DNA of 57,680 nucleotides from Clostridiales bacterium (GTDB lineage Bacteria; Bacillota; Clostridia; Christensenellales; JAISNN01): NCBI GenBank assembly GCA_031273825.1, contig JAISRB010000055.1, positions 1 to 57,680 of the forward strand, read 5' to 3'. Shown piece by piece: positions 57,401 to 57,680 of this stretch (position 1 is its first letter; each line of letters starts with the position of its first letter). The notes under the pieces were generated by a model. It saw only the letters and a program-made list of their open reading frames with translations, ran no database searches and was not told where the DNA came from. The position numbers and the translations under genes were made by a program.

Positions 57401-57680
57401 CGTCGTTGTCGGCAGAATTATCGACGAGCCGGCTCTCTCCGTCTGCGGGCTTACCGACGAGCCGCCGTGTGAATGGAAAGTGACGGTATTTTTCCATGCG
57501 GCGTATAGCGTTATGTTGCCCGTCGGCGTATAAGGCGAGGTCAAAGCCGTGCCGTCAAAATCCGACGACGTAAACCAACCGTCAAAGTCATAGCCGCTCC
57601 TCGTCGTTGTCGGCAGAGTTATCGACGCGCCCTCTCTCACCGTTTGGGAGCTTGCCGACGAACCGCCGTTTGAATCAAAA
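54425..57680 (-). CDS. Surface protein paralog (5'-truncated by the window edge): at least 14 B-repeats plus a PI-PLC X-domain-like C-terminus
   Basis: The reading frame stays open to position 57680 (FDSNGGSSASSQT...). The 66-aa repeats are near-identical. The C-terminal 331 aa are collinear with the neighbouring gene. Confidence 0.85.
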   Translation of the reverse strand, partial: FDSNGGSSASSQTVREGASITLPTTTRSGYDFDGWFTSSDFDGTALTSPYTPTGNITLYAAWKNTVTFHSHGGSSVSPQTERAGSSIILPTTTRSGYTFDGWFASSAFDGTALTSPYTPTGNITLYAAWKNTVTFNSNGGSSINSQTVREGASITLPTPTRSGYDFDGWFTSSAFDGTALTSPYTPTGNITLYAAWKNTVTFNSNGGSSVSSQTVRAGSSITLPTPTRSGYTFDGWFASSAFDGTALTSPYTPTGNITLYAAWKNTVTFNSNGGSSVSPQTVREGASVTLSTPTRGTYTFDGWFTSSAFAGTALTSPYTPTGNITLYAAWKSTVTFDSNGGSSASSQTVRAGSSITLPTTTKSGYDFDGWFTSSALTSSALTSPYTPTGNITLYAKWTALYTVAFNAMGGSSVSSQTVRAGSSITLPTTTRSGYAFDGWVTSSSGTGTVLPTTYTPTASITLYAKWTVLYTVTFNSNGGSSVSSQTVRAGASITLITPSKANNEFDGWFTSTALTGTALTSPYTPTASITLYAKWMVLYTVAFDSMGGSAVGSQTVRADRSIELPPTVRTGYAFDGWFTSSNYTGTAVTSPYQPTGSLTLYAKWTELYTVTFDSTGGSGVASQNVRAGSSIAKPGDPSWANRRFDGWYESSAYSGSAVTFPYTPTRDITLYAKWTFYYTVIFDKNGGTGNIPDQIVYEGQSASLPTHPTKTSSVFLGWGLTSSADYPELFPWVPTGTASQKTLYARWATETEFKSTTYYANAMANSVFSKNVRVVDIAMLGAHDAFTHSISKDSPWNPVDPNYLDNKNNIFFKWFEGTVKSQTTTYSKAQSLGAYDLAGNGVRLFDVRLVYTNGTWYTEHGLISDTFESYLKGVLQFMSNYPRELIVLDIQRIYTNGSNLSALYSFISGVSYNGRTLFDYIPYNVSSKPLGSLTYGDAVTDKAGAVLLIAGYSNLKAYDRNAGVRAAWANTDNMNTLVNAINTEYNTVNNNFASYSNLFRINQAQRTPQISWTDVMGGVFGSSYSLLEMGTDTNNALLNQANLTNGTWFNVLPVMWVDAVGGAAFHAGVMPVIHKSNLKKSNNA

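Overview
The window looks like chromosomal DNA from a spore-forming Firmicute, probably Clostridia-like. Supporting genes are a GerA-type germinant receptor operon, a BofA-like gene, a CotH-domain protein, and a recO-yqzL arrangement. Most genes are on the minus strand. Recognisable core genes include tRNA-Ser(UGA), rqcH/NFACT, tmk, a SIS-domain protein, type III glutamine synthetase, tandem mgtE, a HIT protein, uvrC, lpd, lplA, recO, hflX, dnaA, tadA and an M14 peptidase. Four things stand out. (1) An AT-rich accessory island at about 6.16-10.2 kb forms the 3' end of a 1362-aa ORF. That ORF is a polymorphic toxin: InlB-type B-repeats, a transmembrane cluster, a Hint domain, then an unassigned 89-aa C-terminal tip. 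An abutting immunity-like gene and four more small same-strand ORFs follow, two of them tandem paralogs. The toxin ORF itself looks chimeric, with an internal signal-peptide-like start. (2) A family of about 270-300 bp mosaic multi-hairpin intergenic repeats occurs as three full copies plus fragments. Base changes between copies are compensatory. There is also a GC-rich REP-like palindrome, a 14-nt minisatellite, and iteron-like 26-35 bp repeat arrays bracketing a small module that looks like a mobile-element remnant. (3) A DRTGG / HATPase / [FeFe]-hydrogenase-like / DRTGG / PHP cluster sits directly upstream of uvrC. HflX carries an N-terminal extension with an exact JAMM (HxHx7SxxD) motif. 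(4) Three large B-repeat surface proteins lie at the 3' end of the window: one CotH-domain/lamin-tail lipoprotein and two tandem paralogs with PI-PLC-X-like C-termini and near-identical 198-nt repeats. All family assignments rest on motif recognition by eye. No searches or computations were run.
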